DNA of 64,000 nucleotides, from assembly GCA_001599295.1 (NCBI GenBank), contig BCGN01000010.1, positions 248,001 to 312,000 on the forward strand, given 5' to 3'. The position numbers and the translations under genes were made by a program. Source of the DNA: Sporopachydermia quercuum (Eukaryota). Below the pieces are notes generated by a model, which saw only the letters and a list, made by a program, of their open reading frames with translations, was not told the DNA's origin and did not search any database. Positions 1 through 12,378 of this stretch are shown piece by piece. The stretch's first letter is position 1, and every line of letters begins with the position of its first letter.

Positions 1-669
1 TCCCATGGATAAGCAATCCATACATCAGGATATGTGGCTCCTACGAAGTATCTATTTTTCAAAATATCATCATCAAGTGTAGCTCTCTTAGGCTTATCCT
101 TGTTATGCAAAACAAAAATCCCAAACTTCGTACCATATAATCNATCTTCTCCAGCTTCAGAATCTGGTATTCCTTTTTCTTTAGCTTGTTCCCGGACATC
201 CTTCTTTAGCTCTTCAACGGCATAGTGTAATGTACTTCTAGTATCATCAACTTCATCAACGATCAATATCCGTCTACCGATCAAATTTACGCCTTGACTT
301 GAGAAATCAACCCATTGGGTTCTCTTGACTTCCATTCCTGCCGATTCAGCATCTGTTGAAAATGAATTCAAGTCTTCGTATAAGGACAAACCAATTGCTT
401 GAATATGAATGTTCTTAGCTCCCTGAACCTTCAAGAATGTTCGAAGAATTCTCGCAGGGATAAATCCACCGCCGCCTGATGAATATATATAGAATTGCGG
501 TTAATATAAAAGAAAAAGCATATAAACTAAAAAAATATTCGAAAAATGGTTTCAACCTACCAATGGCAATCATCAGATCAGGGTTGAACTTTTCTTTGAT
601 CTCTTTGCCCACAGTTTTACATATCTTGTGGATATGGTTGTATGACATATATAGCTTATCTTCAGACAT
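1..669 (-). CDS. HPT1: Hypoxanthine/guanine(xanthine) phosphoribosyltransferase, 3' end truncated by the window edge; 1 intron
   Basis: Exon 1 is 669-561, then intron 560-476 (GTAGGT..TATTAAC..CAG, 85 nt), then exon 2 475-<1. Splicing gives LMIAIG|GGGFIPARILRTFLK...IQAIGLSLYED...ILIVDEVDDTRSTLHYA (PRPP-binding motif). It lies downstream of UTP5, as HPT1 does in S. cerevisiae. Confidence 0.9.
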
Positions 670-1400
670 TGTAGTGAGTCGATGAATAGATATTTTTGAT
701 TGAAATTGAAGATTTGGAAACGAAATTATTTGATTTTTATGTTTTATTTTTGTCAGATATTTGATTTGATGCTTCTATCAAAAGCATAAATAGATCAATA
801 CAAGAAATAAAAGGCGAGCTGGATGAGTTGACAGAGGGCCTATAACAAAACTTTTAGTTTAAGCTCTGATCGTACTAGTTCAAGTAAATTGGCATTGCAC
901 TAATACTAGGAAGGTTAAATAATTAGTGTAGGGTGTTCAGATGGAGTCCAACCGNTGAAAAACCTTGAATTCTATTGAAGGTAAAATATTCATGGTATAA
1001 GCGTTTGAGTAAAAGCAAAATGTCACGTAATATTATAGTAAATGAAATTAATTCTTCGCTCAATAAAAACTACCATCCTGGTTGCCTTTCCTTACTTTAC
1101 AGTTCTCTTTACACCCAATTGTACAAGAATTTTCAATGCTATTAATGCAGCCTCGCGGCTGCGGAAGACTTACATACTATACAAATAAGATTAAGATTGA
1201 AAAGCGGTTCACACTTTAATCGTAATCCGCATTATCCTGCATCAGTCTCATGAACTTAAAAAATGATCTACTACCAATTACTCACTTATTGAAATTGAAC
1301 TGACTTTTGTAAGTAATGGTTCATAGTATATCATAGAAAGCGATATAAAAANCCTAAATCTTCTCTAAAATGTCTATAAGTTATTGGTTTTAGTCCATGC

Positions 1401-1719
1401 TTATTTCTTCGTAACTTTAGCCTTACTCTTCTTCTGTAAAGCTTTCTTCAAATAAGATAGTTCCTTGGCATTGGAATCTTTCTCTTTGTCATCATCTTCT
1501 TTGTTATGCTCTAAACCACCATCAACGNTTTTCTCTTTTTTTTTTGTTTCCTGGTACTTTCCACGGGCTTTGGATTTATCGAACTGGGTATCCACTTCTA
1601 AATCGCTATAGCCATCCTCGTCTATAATCTCATCTCCTGAATCTTCGATTTCTAACCCTGCTTGGTCTTCTTCTTCAGATTCATCAATACTTATGTATCC
1701 GTCATCTTCATCATCCTCG

Positions 1720-1750
<31 letters not shown>

Positions 1751-3746
1751 CTTCATTTTCTTCGCCTTCTAAATCGTCAAGCTCTTCGAAGTATTCTACA
1801 TCGTCTTCATCGCTGTCTTCCTCATCCTCCTCTTCATAGAACCCATTCTCCAATAAATTCAGCTTATCGTCACCAGCTAAAATCTCAGTTTTTAAGGTCA
1901 TTTGATTATTCAATAATTCAAGCTTTCCTTTCAATGCAAGCAGTCTATCTAACGTTCCGCTTCTTCTGGCTAATACTGAGTATAATGATGATAAATTTGG
2001 AGCCAGGTTGGGTACATTAACCAAGTAAGAACCATGAATGATCATCACCCATTTGATCCATACGTTCAATGCTCCTGATCTATTAGGTGATCGAGCGACT
2101 TTTTCCGCTAATCTGTTTAATAATGTCATCGATAGTGAAGGGTGTAATTTGGTAATAGTAGATTTAATGATATTTTGATCAGTAGTCTGTAAACAGGTTT
2201 CTAGTAGTGAATGGTCATTGGTTTTAAGAGCCTGTGAAATAACTACTGACAAGGACCCTGATGCTGATAGTGATTTGTTTGATTTACGTGACTTGTCTGC
2301 TTTCTTCTCATCGTCCTTGACATGAATATATTCTAGCTTGTCAGCTAATGTATCGCCAATATCATCAACATCTGACAACGATTTGAATTCGTCCTCATAT
2401 TCAGTTTCCGCCACTTTTTCCTCTTCTTGCTCTTCTTCTACTTCCATATGGTGTAAATCATCACCAGCAGTTATTCTGGCTCGGGCTTCATTATACTTTT
2501 TAGCAGATGCTATGTCGTCACCATACAAGTTTCTTTCTTCTGTTAAAGATTGCTGTTTCTTCTTCTGTAATTGGATTAGCCCTTTTGGAAAATCTGGCGA
2601 GATATTCACCAAATCAAAGGATGGTACTGAAGCATTTTCCAGCCAAGTTATTCTAACTGTTGTTTCAGATATAATTGAGTTAACGAGCTTCACGGAAAAC
2701 TCGAAATTGTCAGCACCACCGTTTTGACCCCGGTGCTCTGTTTGCTGTGAAAGGGATAAACTAGCTACAGATTTCTGAGCTCTCACGGCACCGGCTCTTC
2801 TTCTTCTTGCCGTGGATGCGTTCCCTTCTTCATTGGTTTCACTACTATTGAGATTGAGTATATCAGGATAGAGCTCGCAGTTTCCCTCTTCAGTTATTAC
2901 ACTAGCAGCTACTATTGATTTGTTTGCTGAAAAATGTATTGAGACGCAACTGACGTTTGCGGAAGCTACCAGCACTGAGATAGACTTATTACTGTTCAAA
3001 TTGAAGATATTCACGAAACGGTCGTTCTCCGCAGCAGTAAGAAAATATGTCTCGCCGGCAACTGAGAAAGGAATTAACGTATGTATAGGAGAAACATGGC
3101 ATGGATACGACTGCACAACATCTGCGATGTTATCATAAGACGTTAAATAGACTGTATGGGATGCTAATAATAAGTGAGGTGTTCCTTGGTATCCAACAGT
3201 TTGAACTAAACGTATACCTTCATGTTGATATTCATTCAAAACATCAAGCGAAAATGTTTTTTTTCTCTGGAAAGAGGTAATATCCCATTCGTATAAATGG
3301 CCGCTGCCATCACAGGACCATCCAGAATGGGTGATGTGAGAATAATGGAAATCTGTGACTGATCCTCCATTGCTCACATTCAGCTTAGTAATAACTCTGC
3401 CCAACGCAGGCGAAAATAAATGCACTGATCCTTTATTGGTTCCAATAGCTAATAAAGCATCTTGGATGTTGTTATTCAAGTCTCCATTTCTTTGACCCCC
3501 ATTGATTTCTGATTTCCTCTTCTTGCGCTGATTGTTGTCTTTGAAACCGGCTGGTCTATGCACCCAATTCACACTTTTCGCCACAGTCCCTTTGTCTAAA
3601 ACATAGCCGCTATTCAGATAACTGACATTTTCATTCTTTGACTCGACTGATTGGACCTTCACTTTCTGCGAATCGAGTGAATTTATCACCAGTGCGAGAT
3701 AATTGCCTGTGGTATCAAATTTGCTACCCACGACAGGAGATGTCAT
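1401..3746 (-). CDS. UTP5: U3 snoRNP/t-UTP component Utp5 (WDR43): WD40 N-terminus, Utp12 domain, acidic tail
   Basis: 781-aa ORF with FLTAAENDRFVNIF, the Utp12-type SVVISQALKTNDHSLLETCL...WIKWVMIIHGSYL, and a long D/E tail. Divergent from NCB2. Confidence 0.9.
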
Positions 3747-3950
3747 ATTATATGCTCTTCTCTACCTTAAATGCTTATTACAGATCAATTCAATAACCTG
3801 ACATGCTACGCTATATATTGGCAAGTTCAGTTTATTGTTTCTAACCTCCGCATGAAACATAACTGCTAGAACCTGAAGTTCTTCTACACTCTTATTCTTC
3901 CTGCTAATTGATATAATGAAACAACCTTCCTTATCCCATCCCATACAAAC

Positions 3951-3965
3951 AAAAAAAAAATTTCA
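3951..3965 (-). promoter_or_regulatory. RRPE-like element upstream of UTP5
   Basis: Reads TGAAATTTTTTTTT on the minus strand, about 200 bp upstream of a ribosome-biogenesis gene. Imperfect match to TGAAAAWTTTT. Confidence 0.4.
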
Positions 3966-4514
3966 CTGTTAACCCGATTGGGACGAAACAGTAACCCGGC
4001 CAAACGATTAAGAATTAATTAAGAATTAAGGCGTTGTGACATAATTTCGACCTAACACACAAATACCTTTTTTGGAAGCTGGAGAAATTATATATAAGCA
4101 GTGAGAATTCCTATGTTTACTTGCTGATTGGGACAAGCAGGATTAGGATGCAGTGATGAGACATGAATAGATAGTAATAGAATTGTATCAGAATAGCAGT
4201 TATATTGAAAATAATAAAGGAAATTGTGTGGCTTTTTATGGGATATTGAATTTAATTCTTCGCAGATTGAGTAATATTCTGACTTTGTATAGTTAAGGAA
4301 ACAGTTGGATCATTTAGCTGATTGGTATGGGACAGAGTGATGATAATAAGGCGCGATTTGAAGGGTTACGTAGAAGAACAAAGCAAAAAGAAAAACCTGT
4401 TAAAGCACATTTAATAGAAGGAAATAAAAGTTTTGGGAATTTCTAATTCAAACAGAAAAATTACCGGTCATATTGAAGAGGAATCGACTTTGGGTGAACA
4501 ACATATATGAAATA

Positions 4515-4973
4515 ATGGACTATCCAACATCGTCATCCTCCGCGGAGGATTTATCTCTACCGAAGGCTACAGTGCAAAAGATAATATCGGAAATTTTACC
4601 ACCAGATATAGTATTTACCAAAGAAGCTAGAGAAGCGTTAATTGAATGTTGCATTGAATTCATTATGATACTGGCTAATGAATCTAATGATATTGCTGAA
4701 AAAGAGTGCAAGAAGACAATAGCATCTGATCACGTGGTAAAAGCACTAGAAGAACTTGGATTTCAAGATTACATTTCCCCAATTCAGGATGTGTTAGAAG
4801 AGCATAAAAAAGCAATGAAGAACAGAGAAAAGAAACATAATAAGTTTCAAGCTTCAGGTTTAACTGAAGAGGAGCTATTGAAGCAACAGGAAGAGTTGTT
4901 TGCAAAATCACGTTCACGTTTGCAGCAGCAACAACAATGTCCTGGTGTGAAGAAGGAAGAAAGCGACAACTAG
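4515..4973 (+). CDS. NCB2: Negative cofactor 2 beta subunit (Dr1), histone fold
   Basis: First in-frame ATG is at 4515. DLSLPKATVQKIISEILP...LIECCIEFIMIL...KKTIASDHVVKALEELGF...GLTEEELLKQQEELFAKSR. Confidence 0.93.
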   Translation: MDYPTSSSSAEDLSLPKATVQKIISEILPPDIVFTKEAREALIECCIEFIMILANESNDIAEKECKKTIASDHVVKALEELGFQDYISPIQDVLEEHKKAMKNREKKHNKFQASGLTEEELLKQQEELFAKSRSRLQQQQQCPGVKKEESDN

Positions 4974-5540
4974 AAAATTTAATACTGAATTTTAATGAAT
5001 CGTAAACTTTAAAGAAGATTGATGCTATAGTTAATTTATATGANTCTGTTGATTCAACCTCAGCTTTTTTTGTTGACGTTTCATAACGTGATATGTATAT
5101 TAGGATATTAGGACAATAATTATGTGACAAGTTGTCATGTATCATGAAGCAAACTTTTCCCTGTAGATTAAAAAGAGTGTAAAGCTCAGCTCCAGTCAGT
5201 CTAATCAGGTTTTCTATTGATTGATTGTGCTATCTGTTCATCGCTTAGATAATTGAGGCATTCTGTTATTTTCCTTTCTCTCAACAGTTTCTTACATAAA
5301 GACACGTGAAGAAGCAGATGATGATTACGTGATTGATCACGTGCCATTTGCTTACATTTATTCCGGAAATAAACTGACCCCATAATATCCGAAATCTCTC
5401 TTTTCAACCCATCTCATCATCTTCATTTCATACCATTTCTTCCTTATTTTCATTACTATTGACACTTTTTGGCCTTATGTAGTATCTATTTTAACGCCGT
5501 CCACACATGCCGNATCCCGAGAGCTACCGTNCGAAATCCT

Positions 5541-7399
5541 ATGGCAACTATGTCAGGTTTCTTGCAATGGAGAACCATTCTTCTTGTTACGCTCCTTCTG
5601 CGAGTCTTCTTCGCATTCAGTCCTTCATATATTCATCCTGATGAACAGTTTCAAACACTAGAACCAATCATTGGTATGTGAGCTTTGATTATCGCCTATT
5701 TGAATTATGTATTTTATGCTATTAATCTGCATACAGCACCAAGCTGTTCTTCCTACCTTTTACTTCCATCTCTAACCGCAAATGCATTATTCAAGGTTAC
5801 TGGTTCCACTGGGATACACAATTACCATGGGAATTCGAATCAGAGACTCCTGCCCGTTCATATTTCAGCTTGAATGTATTACTAGGATGGCCTTTGAGCT
5901 TGTTTAAAACTCATTTTACTGGACCGCTGGATATATTCTATGCTGCAAGACTCCTAATGCTCCTCTACTCTTGGCTAGGCATAGACGTAGCACTAGCTGT
6001 TCTATATTCTATCGAAGGAAGATTTAGAGAGTATAGCAAAGCAACATTCTTTGTGGCCATGTCCTATGTTACATGGACGTATCAATCGCATACATTCACG
6101 AACTCTTTTGAAACTATCCTGGTTTTATGGACTCTGGTATACTTGCAGGTAGTTTGGCGATTCAATCTCCAGGTTACAGGCCATGGAAAGAAGACTGATG
6201 ATAACAGCAAAAGCAACAAGCCAGCCAAAAAGACAGATTCATCTCTAACATTACAATTATTATGTCTAGGAGCAATACATTCTATTGGAATATTTAATAG
6301 AGTAACATATCTAGCATTTGTTCTGGTGCCAATGCTGGCTGTTCTACCAAGGCATTTTCTTGCTTTTCCAAAGAGCTTCATTCCGTATGTTTTATCATTT
6401 GGCACCGTGACAGTTGCAGCCCTAAAGTACGACACTGCGTGTTTTCCTAACAGCAAGCCCACCCTTGTTTTGTTCAATCATCCTTTAGTTGTAACACCTC
6501 TAAACAACCTTCTATACAATAGCTCGCAGGATAACCTTGCCCTGCATGGACTTCATCCTCAGTATACCCATTTACTGGTGAATCTTCCTTTGCTTCTGGG
6601 ACCTTCGCTGGCCTATCTGTACCGTATATTTTCTTTGTGCAAGAACAGGAACCTCTTTGCTCTGAGTTTTGTCTCTTCTTTGGCTTTCTTGTCCATTATT
6701 CCTCACCAAGAGGCACGGTTCCTACTGCCGTTGATACCTCTTGCTGCTGTCATCAGTGATGTCAATTTGCCGGAAAAGCTATCTAGATCTGTGTTTTACG
6801 CTTGTTTGCTGTTTAATGTGGTCATGGGCGTCATCATGGGCATTCTCCACCAGGGAGGAGTCGTTCCTACTTCTGGGCATATTCAGGAACTTCTGCAAAC
6901 ACGCACGGCATCTGGAAATGTGATAGTATGGTGGAGAAGCTATTTGAGCCCAATCTGGATGATCAAACAAATACCGGGATCCGTTCTATCGCTTACGCCT
7001 AATGAATCGTTAGGGGCTGCTAGATATAACGAGCTATTGGATAGAATTGCCCACAAGGATCAGTTTGTTGAGACGATAGTAGTAAATGCATTAGGAACCA
7101 GTGCGCAGGAGGCTGAGGAGTTGATTGGAAACCTGTACAACCTAGAAGACAAAGGAAACAGATNGAATATTATATTTGTTGCTCCAACTGCATCAATTTT
7201 GATGGAAGACGAAATCAACAGGCATTTAGTAAAGGACAGCAGTAGTAGGAATAACGGTGATAGTACTGTCGATAGAAGCAAAGATGCGTTCCAACTGGTA
7301 GAGCAATGGCATTATCGCTATCATTATGACATGGATAGATTTGATATCTCAAACAAACTGTCATTTATCCCAGGAATAAGTATATATAGTATTATATAG
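5541..7399 (+). CDS. SMP3: GPI alpha-1,2-mannosyltransferase 4 (GT22, Smp3/PIG-Z); 1 intron
   Basis: Exon 1 is 5541-5673 (SPSYIHPDEQFQTLE), intron 5674-5795 (GTATGT..TCTAAC..AAG), exon 2 5796-7399 (LPWEF..PARSY; YQSHTFTNSFET; GIFNRVTY; HGLHPQYTHLLVN; PHQEARFLLP; GILHQGGVVP). About 578 aa. Confidence 0.9.
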
Positions 7400-8730
7400 A
7401 TGGATAGAAGTAGTTGGGCTATTCGCTGAGTTATTAGCATAATGCATAGTATAGGTACGAATAATGAATAAAGGACTAGAATGATTGAAACTAGATTTTT
7501 TTATTGTTTTCAGCTTGATTGAGTAGAATCGTTCCAACGTTACTGTTCCCAGCAATGCTACGTTTATTTTATATGATAGACTTAGCATATACAATTGAAC
7601 AATTGATGCCAGGTAAAATAGGTGGAAGTGATTTAATGAAAAGAAGCGAAATTTGAACTTTCTAGATATTCCAGTATTAAAAGAAAGGAGAATTGAAGCA
7701 CATAGGTTTCTCATTACCTGCTTGGTAGATATAAGCTTAATGCTAATAACTATGACAATAGCCACGATAATGAATGAATACNAATGAAACGATCTACCTC
7801 AGCAATCAATAAATTGTGCAATGCANGCAATAAACTATTATTCAAGCTTCCAGATAGTAGAAATGTTCGTTAACAATGCTGAACATTTAGTTGATAGATT
7901 TCAAGCCCTTAAGTGTTTATATGGCCAGTCTATGTTCATTGTAGTTGCCATTTAGCTCTTAGACATATTTCTGGATATGAGAACAAGAAATCAAAGATCC
8001 AAAGGGCCGTATCGTATTTCCACTATTTTCTTGACCCAGTTGGATGGATTAAAGAAGAATTACGGGAAAAGGAAGAGGAAAAGGACAAGGAAAACAAGCG
8101 GTTGAAGTGAAAGGAAAAGTAGATTATAAGTTTGGCTCACCTGTATCAGAATTACTAGAAGGAGATAGTTGCGAAGATGACAGGAATGGATATTAGAGCA
8201 ATTGAAAGCACATTCCAACTACGTTCTAACAACATTGTAGTAAATAGAACTTGTTTTACTGTTATTCTTTTATTTCATTCGCCTATTGTTGTGGTTTAGC
8301 ACCAAATTTGTTTCTGTAGTTTCTATCATTCAAAATACTCAATATAACACATTACAGATTTGTATTATGCCATTATGAACTAGACGTTACTATATGCTAT
8401 ATGCATACGTATGCTTATTCATCAGGGGAATGAACACTCATTACTATGCAATATGAATAAACCAAAAGTGAAAACAACAGACAAATTATAACCTTTATAT
8501 CCCGTTGATGTCCGCTTATTCACTAGACAATCAGTTGCTTATAATTCAAGCAATAGCCAGTCTGCTACTGCTTTTGCTGCTACTTCATTATTCACTATAA
8601 AATTTATCCAGCTTACCATTAAATACATATCAACACATCAATGACTCTCATATTGCAGTACTATAACACCATACTTTTAGAACACTACTAATAATACCCC
8701 CATAATATACTATCTTTCCAATTTCCATCA

Positions 8731-10002
8731 CTATTTGTAGAAATCAAACTTATCAACATCAGAACTCGTCTTGACTTGACTGGAATATGCTTCATCCAAA
8801 TCGCTTTGAATAATAACATAACGATTCTTTCTAACAGCTCGTAAACCAGCCTCCTGCATGATAGCAGCAATGACTGCTCCGGATAAAGGATCATTACGAA
8901 TAATCAACGAATCCAAATCAACTTCTGGTGCAATTGACATCTTATTGGCAATAGTAGAAAAAATCAACCTTCGCTCGCGACGATCCCTTAATGATGGGAA
9001 CTCAATCTTTCTATCTAATCGACCAGGACGCAATAAAGCAGGATCCAAAGTATCAGCCCTATTGGTAGCCATAATTACTTTAACATTAGAGCTTTGATCA
9101 AAACCATCCATTTGGTTCAACAGCTCCAAAAGGATTCTTTGCACTTCTCTGTCAGCACCTGTTTGGGCGTCAAATCTCTTGGTAGCGATAGCATCGATTT
9201 CATCAATGAAAATGATGGCTGGTGAGTTTTCTCTGGCCAGTCGAAACACATCTCTCACCATACGGGGACCTTCTCCCAAATATTTCTGTACGAACTCTGA
9301 GCCAACGACACGAATAAATGCGGCAGTAGAGCTGTTGGCCACAGCTTTCACCAGCATGGTTTTCCCGGTACCAGGAGGGCCATAGAGCAAAACGCCCCGC
9401 GGGGGGTCAATTCCAATTTGCTTGTATAGTTCTGCTTGGGTTAAAGGTAGTTCTACAGCTTCTCTGATTTCTTGTTTTTGCATATCCAAACCTCCAACAT
9501 CGGCATACGTAACATCTGGTCTTTCGCTTGCTGACATCACAGCAATAGAAGAGTCTGCTTCCGGAGGAAGAATATCAACCAAGGAGTTCGAATGGCGATG
9601 GAGTGCCACCGAGGACGATGCTTTCAGTAGTTCACGGTCTAAAGTAGAAAGAATTCTCACTACATAGTTGGATCCTGTAGTAGATGAGACAATTCCCGTA
9701 TGCTGATCAATTGGCTCAAGAAACTGGCCAATCACCAAAGGAACAGATTGGATCCGTTTCACTTCTTCTTGAGCTCTCACCAGCTCTCGTTTGAGATGCT
9801 TTTGTTCATCTTTGATATACTCTTCTTGCAGCTGTAATAACTCTAGCTCTCGTTCTAGATTCTTCAACACTCTGTAAAGGTCAATGTTTTTGTTGTTTTT
9901 ATTACTGCTGTGGTTCTTCTTCCCGGCTTTCAGCTTCTCTATAGTGTCTAGCTTGCTGTTATTGTGGATTGCCACAGGTTTGACGATTCCTAATTCTTCC
10001 AT
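8731..10002 (-). CDS. RPT3: 26S proteasome AAA-ATPase subunit Rpt3
   Basis: [16 protein letters not shown], Walker A GPPGTGKT, Walker [31 protein letters not shown]-terminal FDFYK. Confidence 0.97.
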   Translation of the reverse strand: MEELGIVKPVAIHNNSKLDTIEKLKAGKKNHSSNKNNKNIDLYRVLKNLERELELLQLQEEYIKDEQKHLKRELVRAQEEVKRIQSVPLVIGQFLEPIDQHTGIVSSTTGSNYVVRILSTLDRELLKASSSVALHRHSNSLVDILPPEADSSIAVMSASERPDVTYADVGGLDMQKQEIREAVELPLTQAELYKQIGIDPPRGVLLYGPPGTGKTMLVKAVANSSTAAFIRVVGSEFVQKYLGEGPRMVRDVFRLARENSPAIIFIDEIDAIATKRFDAQTGADREVQRILLELLNQMDGFDQSSNVKVIMATNRADTLDPALLRPGRLDRKIEFPSLRDRRERRLIFSTIANKMSIAPEVDLDSLIIRNDPLSGAVIAAIMQEAGLRAVRKNRYVIIQSDLDEAYSSQVKTSSDVDKFDFYK

Positions 10003-10073
10003 TATGTTTTTGGGTTTGGATCTACTAGAATGACCTCCTCAGTGCTCTGAAGCTTTTTCAANGTGATGGTGTA

Positions 10074-10082
10074 GGTAGCAAA
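10074..10082 (+). promoter_or_regulatory. Possible Rpn4/PACE-like site upstream of RPT3
   Basis: GGTAGCAAA, one mismatch to PACE (GGTGGCAAA), about 70 bp upstream of the RPT3 ATG. Confidence 0.3.
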
Positions 10083-10761
10083 TAGTAGATGAATTGACTT
10101 GTTGATACTTTTGATGCCTTCATTCACGATGATTCCAGACAATATTCTATGTTTATTTTGTGGGATAAGGATAAGTTGGTAATTGTACTGTGGCCAGAGA
10201 AGAGGCGCCAAAAGTTACCCAGAGGAAAAGGGGGTCTGTCTAGAGATACATGTTTANTATTTTAGCATAAGGATTTGGTTTATAAANCATTACGTAATCT
10301 ATTAAGAATAAGGAAATTACGGAAGTTATCTTGGACAAGATTATCTCCGAAATTAGTCTACCCTACTTTTCTCATTTTTCTCGGATNGGGCCGAAGCATT
10401 CTGCCATGCATCAGATGTCTACTTTAAAACTAACAGTGGAGAATGTATGATGGGTATGGCATTGAAACGGTTAAATCAATCAATCAGTTGGCGATTATAT
10501 TTTGTTTTCCATATCCGATATCATCTCCGAAATCTGGGAAATATTTGTTGCTTCAGTGACTGCTTTTCCTAGTGCCTGTTCCACCGTCTTTTCCGCTCTA
10601 GATCTCATCTGACACAATTGGGTGTAGTACTACGAAATATATATGGAACAGTATTTTTATTCACTTCATCTACTGGAAAATAGTTAACTCCAGAGATTAA
10701 AACCCTCGGTTAACTCCGTTTTCTGCCGGATCATCTCAAATCACTCTCCACTTGACTCGTC

Positions 10762-12378
10762 ATGATCTCCGCTTTCTTTGTCTACAGTCAAAAGGGGGAA
10801 ATTCTCGTGTGTCGGCTCATCCGAGACGGCATCAAAAGATCAGTTGCTGATGTTTTCCGCATCCAAGTTATCTCCTCCTCAAGCCCGCCATCTTCGCCAA
10901 TCTTAACTCTCGGCTCAACTACTTTCTTCCACGTGAAATGCCACGAGCTCTACTTTGTTGCTGTTTCCAGATCAAACGTGGATGCATCAATAGCTTTTGA
11001 ATATCTNAACAAAATCATCTACCTCATTAAAGCTTACTGTTCTGGTATTATCAATACAACTAATGATATACTTTCTGCGGGAAGCATCATTGGAAGCTCT
11101 AAACATTCAGCTAATTACACTGAAAACAACGTGAACAATCCCTCCAGTGGACACTTAGATGAGAACATAGTAAAACAAAACGTGGCGTTGATATACGAAC
11201 TTCTGGAAGAAACCTTAGATTTCGGCTACCCCCAAAACACTGAATTAGAAGCCTTGAAGATGTCAATTACCAGCAAAGCTCCAATTGCTAAGAACAGTAG
11301 TCTAGGATTTACGTCTAGTGGTAGCGGCAACCCTGGAAGTAATACTGCAGTGGCAGCTACGACTTCAGGAGAAGAGACTCGGTTTACTCGGCACACAACA
11401 AGCTCGGTATCGTGGCGGCGTCCCGGTATAAAATACCGAAGGAACGAAGTATTCCTTGATATTGTAGAACAGGTGAACATTCTTATATCAAGCTCGGGTC
11501 AATTACTTCATTCTTATGTTGACGGAAGAATCCAAATGAAATCACATCTTTCAGGTATGCCAGAATGCAAATTTGGTCTCAACGACTCACTCGTGGTCAA
11601 AGGAGACGAAGATCCTTTGGCCCAGTACGAAGTCAAGAACAAGAAAGCTCTTCCTGATGCTGCTGCTGGCGCTGTTACTCTACAAGACTATAGGTTCCAT
11701 CAATGCGTCAATCTAGACGAATTTGATGAAGACAGATCTATCAAATTTATTCCTCCCGATGGAGAATTCGAACTGATGTCTTATAGATCAAATGATAATG
11801 TGAATATACCGTTTAAAGTGATACCTCAGATAAGAGAAATAGGGAAACAGAGCATAGAGTATACAGTGAAGCTCAAGGCTTTATATTCAGGTAGAATGTA
11901 TGCTAATGATGTGGTAGTTTCTATTCCTGTTCCACCTAATACCGTGAAACAGACTCATAGCTCTACAGGCGGGAAAGTTAAATATGATCCATCGATTGAC
12001 CAAATGGTATGGAAGTTCAACAGGATAGTTGGAGGGGCCGATTTCACGTTCAGTGCGCTGGTGGAGTTAGCTGCCAACCGTGGGAACGGCGGATCTGGTG
12101 GAATTCCCAAGTCGAATTCAACCAGATCGTTCAAATCGCTTGGTTCTGAGAATTCTATTGAGGATTTTAGAGATCGGCAGAGGGAGCGTGATGAGAATTA
12201 CTACAGGGGTAAGACGTGGTCTAGACCTCCAGTGTCTCTCCAGTTTAAAATAACAATGTTCAGTTGCAGCGGGCTTGTCGTGAGATACTTGAAAGTGGAA
12301 GAAAAGAGCAGCAAGTATAAAACTGTGAAATGGGTTAGATATGTAACTACTGCTGGTTCCTATGAGATAAGGTATTGA
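10762..12378 (+). CDS. APM4: AP-2 clathrin adaptor mu subunit
   Basis: MISAFFVYSQKGEIL, IYELLEETLDFGYPQNTE, VSWRRPGIKYRRNEVFLDIVE, LSGMPECKFGLND, FHQCV, FIPPDGEFELMSYR, KWVRYVTTAGSYEIRY. These are mu2-type motifs. Confidence 0.92.
   Translation: MISAFFVYSQKGEILVCRLIRDGIKRSVADVFRIQVISSSSPPSSPILTLGSTTFFHVKCHELYFVAVSRSNVDASIAFEYXNKIIYLIKAYCSGIINTTNDILSAGSIIGSSKHSANYTENNVNNPSSGHLDENIVKQNVALIYELLEETLDFGYPQNTELEALKMSITSKAPIAKNSSLGFTSSGSGNPGSNTAVAATTSGEETRFTRHTTSSVSWRRPGIKYRRNEVFLDIVEQVNILISSSGQLLHSYVDGRIQMKSHLSGMPECKFGLNDSLVVKGDEDPLAQYEVKNKKALPDAAAGAVTLQDYRFHQCVNLDEFDEDRSIKFIPPDGEFELMSYRSNDNVNIPFKVIPQIREIGKQSIEYTVKLKALYSGRMYANDVVVSIPVPPNTVKQTHSSTGGKVKYDPSIDQMVWKFNRIVGGADFTFSALVELAANRGNGGSGGIPKSNSTRSFKSLGSENSIEDFRDRQRERDENYYRGKTWSRPPVSLQFKITMFSCSGLVVRYLKVEEKSSKYKTVKWVRYVTTAGSYEIRY

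Noticed and set aside
415..669. 84-aa ORF as a complete gene
   Set aside because: It reads through the HPT1 intron. The spliced model restores the conserved protein.
1722..1755. (TTC)n microsatellite
   Set aside because: It simply encodes the poly-Glu tract of the Utp5 acidic tail.
10002..10211. 69-aa ORF whose stop overlaps the RPT3 ATG (TAATG), suggesting translational coupling
   Set aside because: It starts at TTG, has no recognisable motif and covers promoter sequence. The overlap is likely chance.
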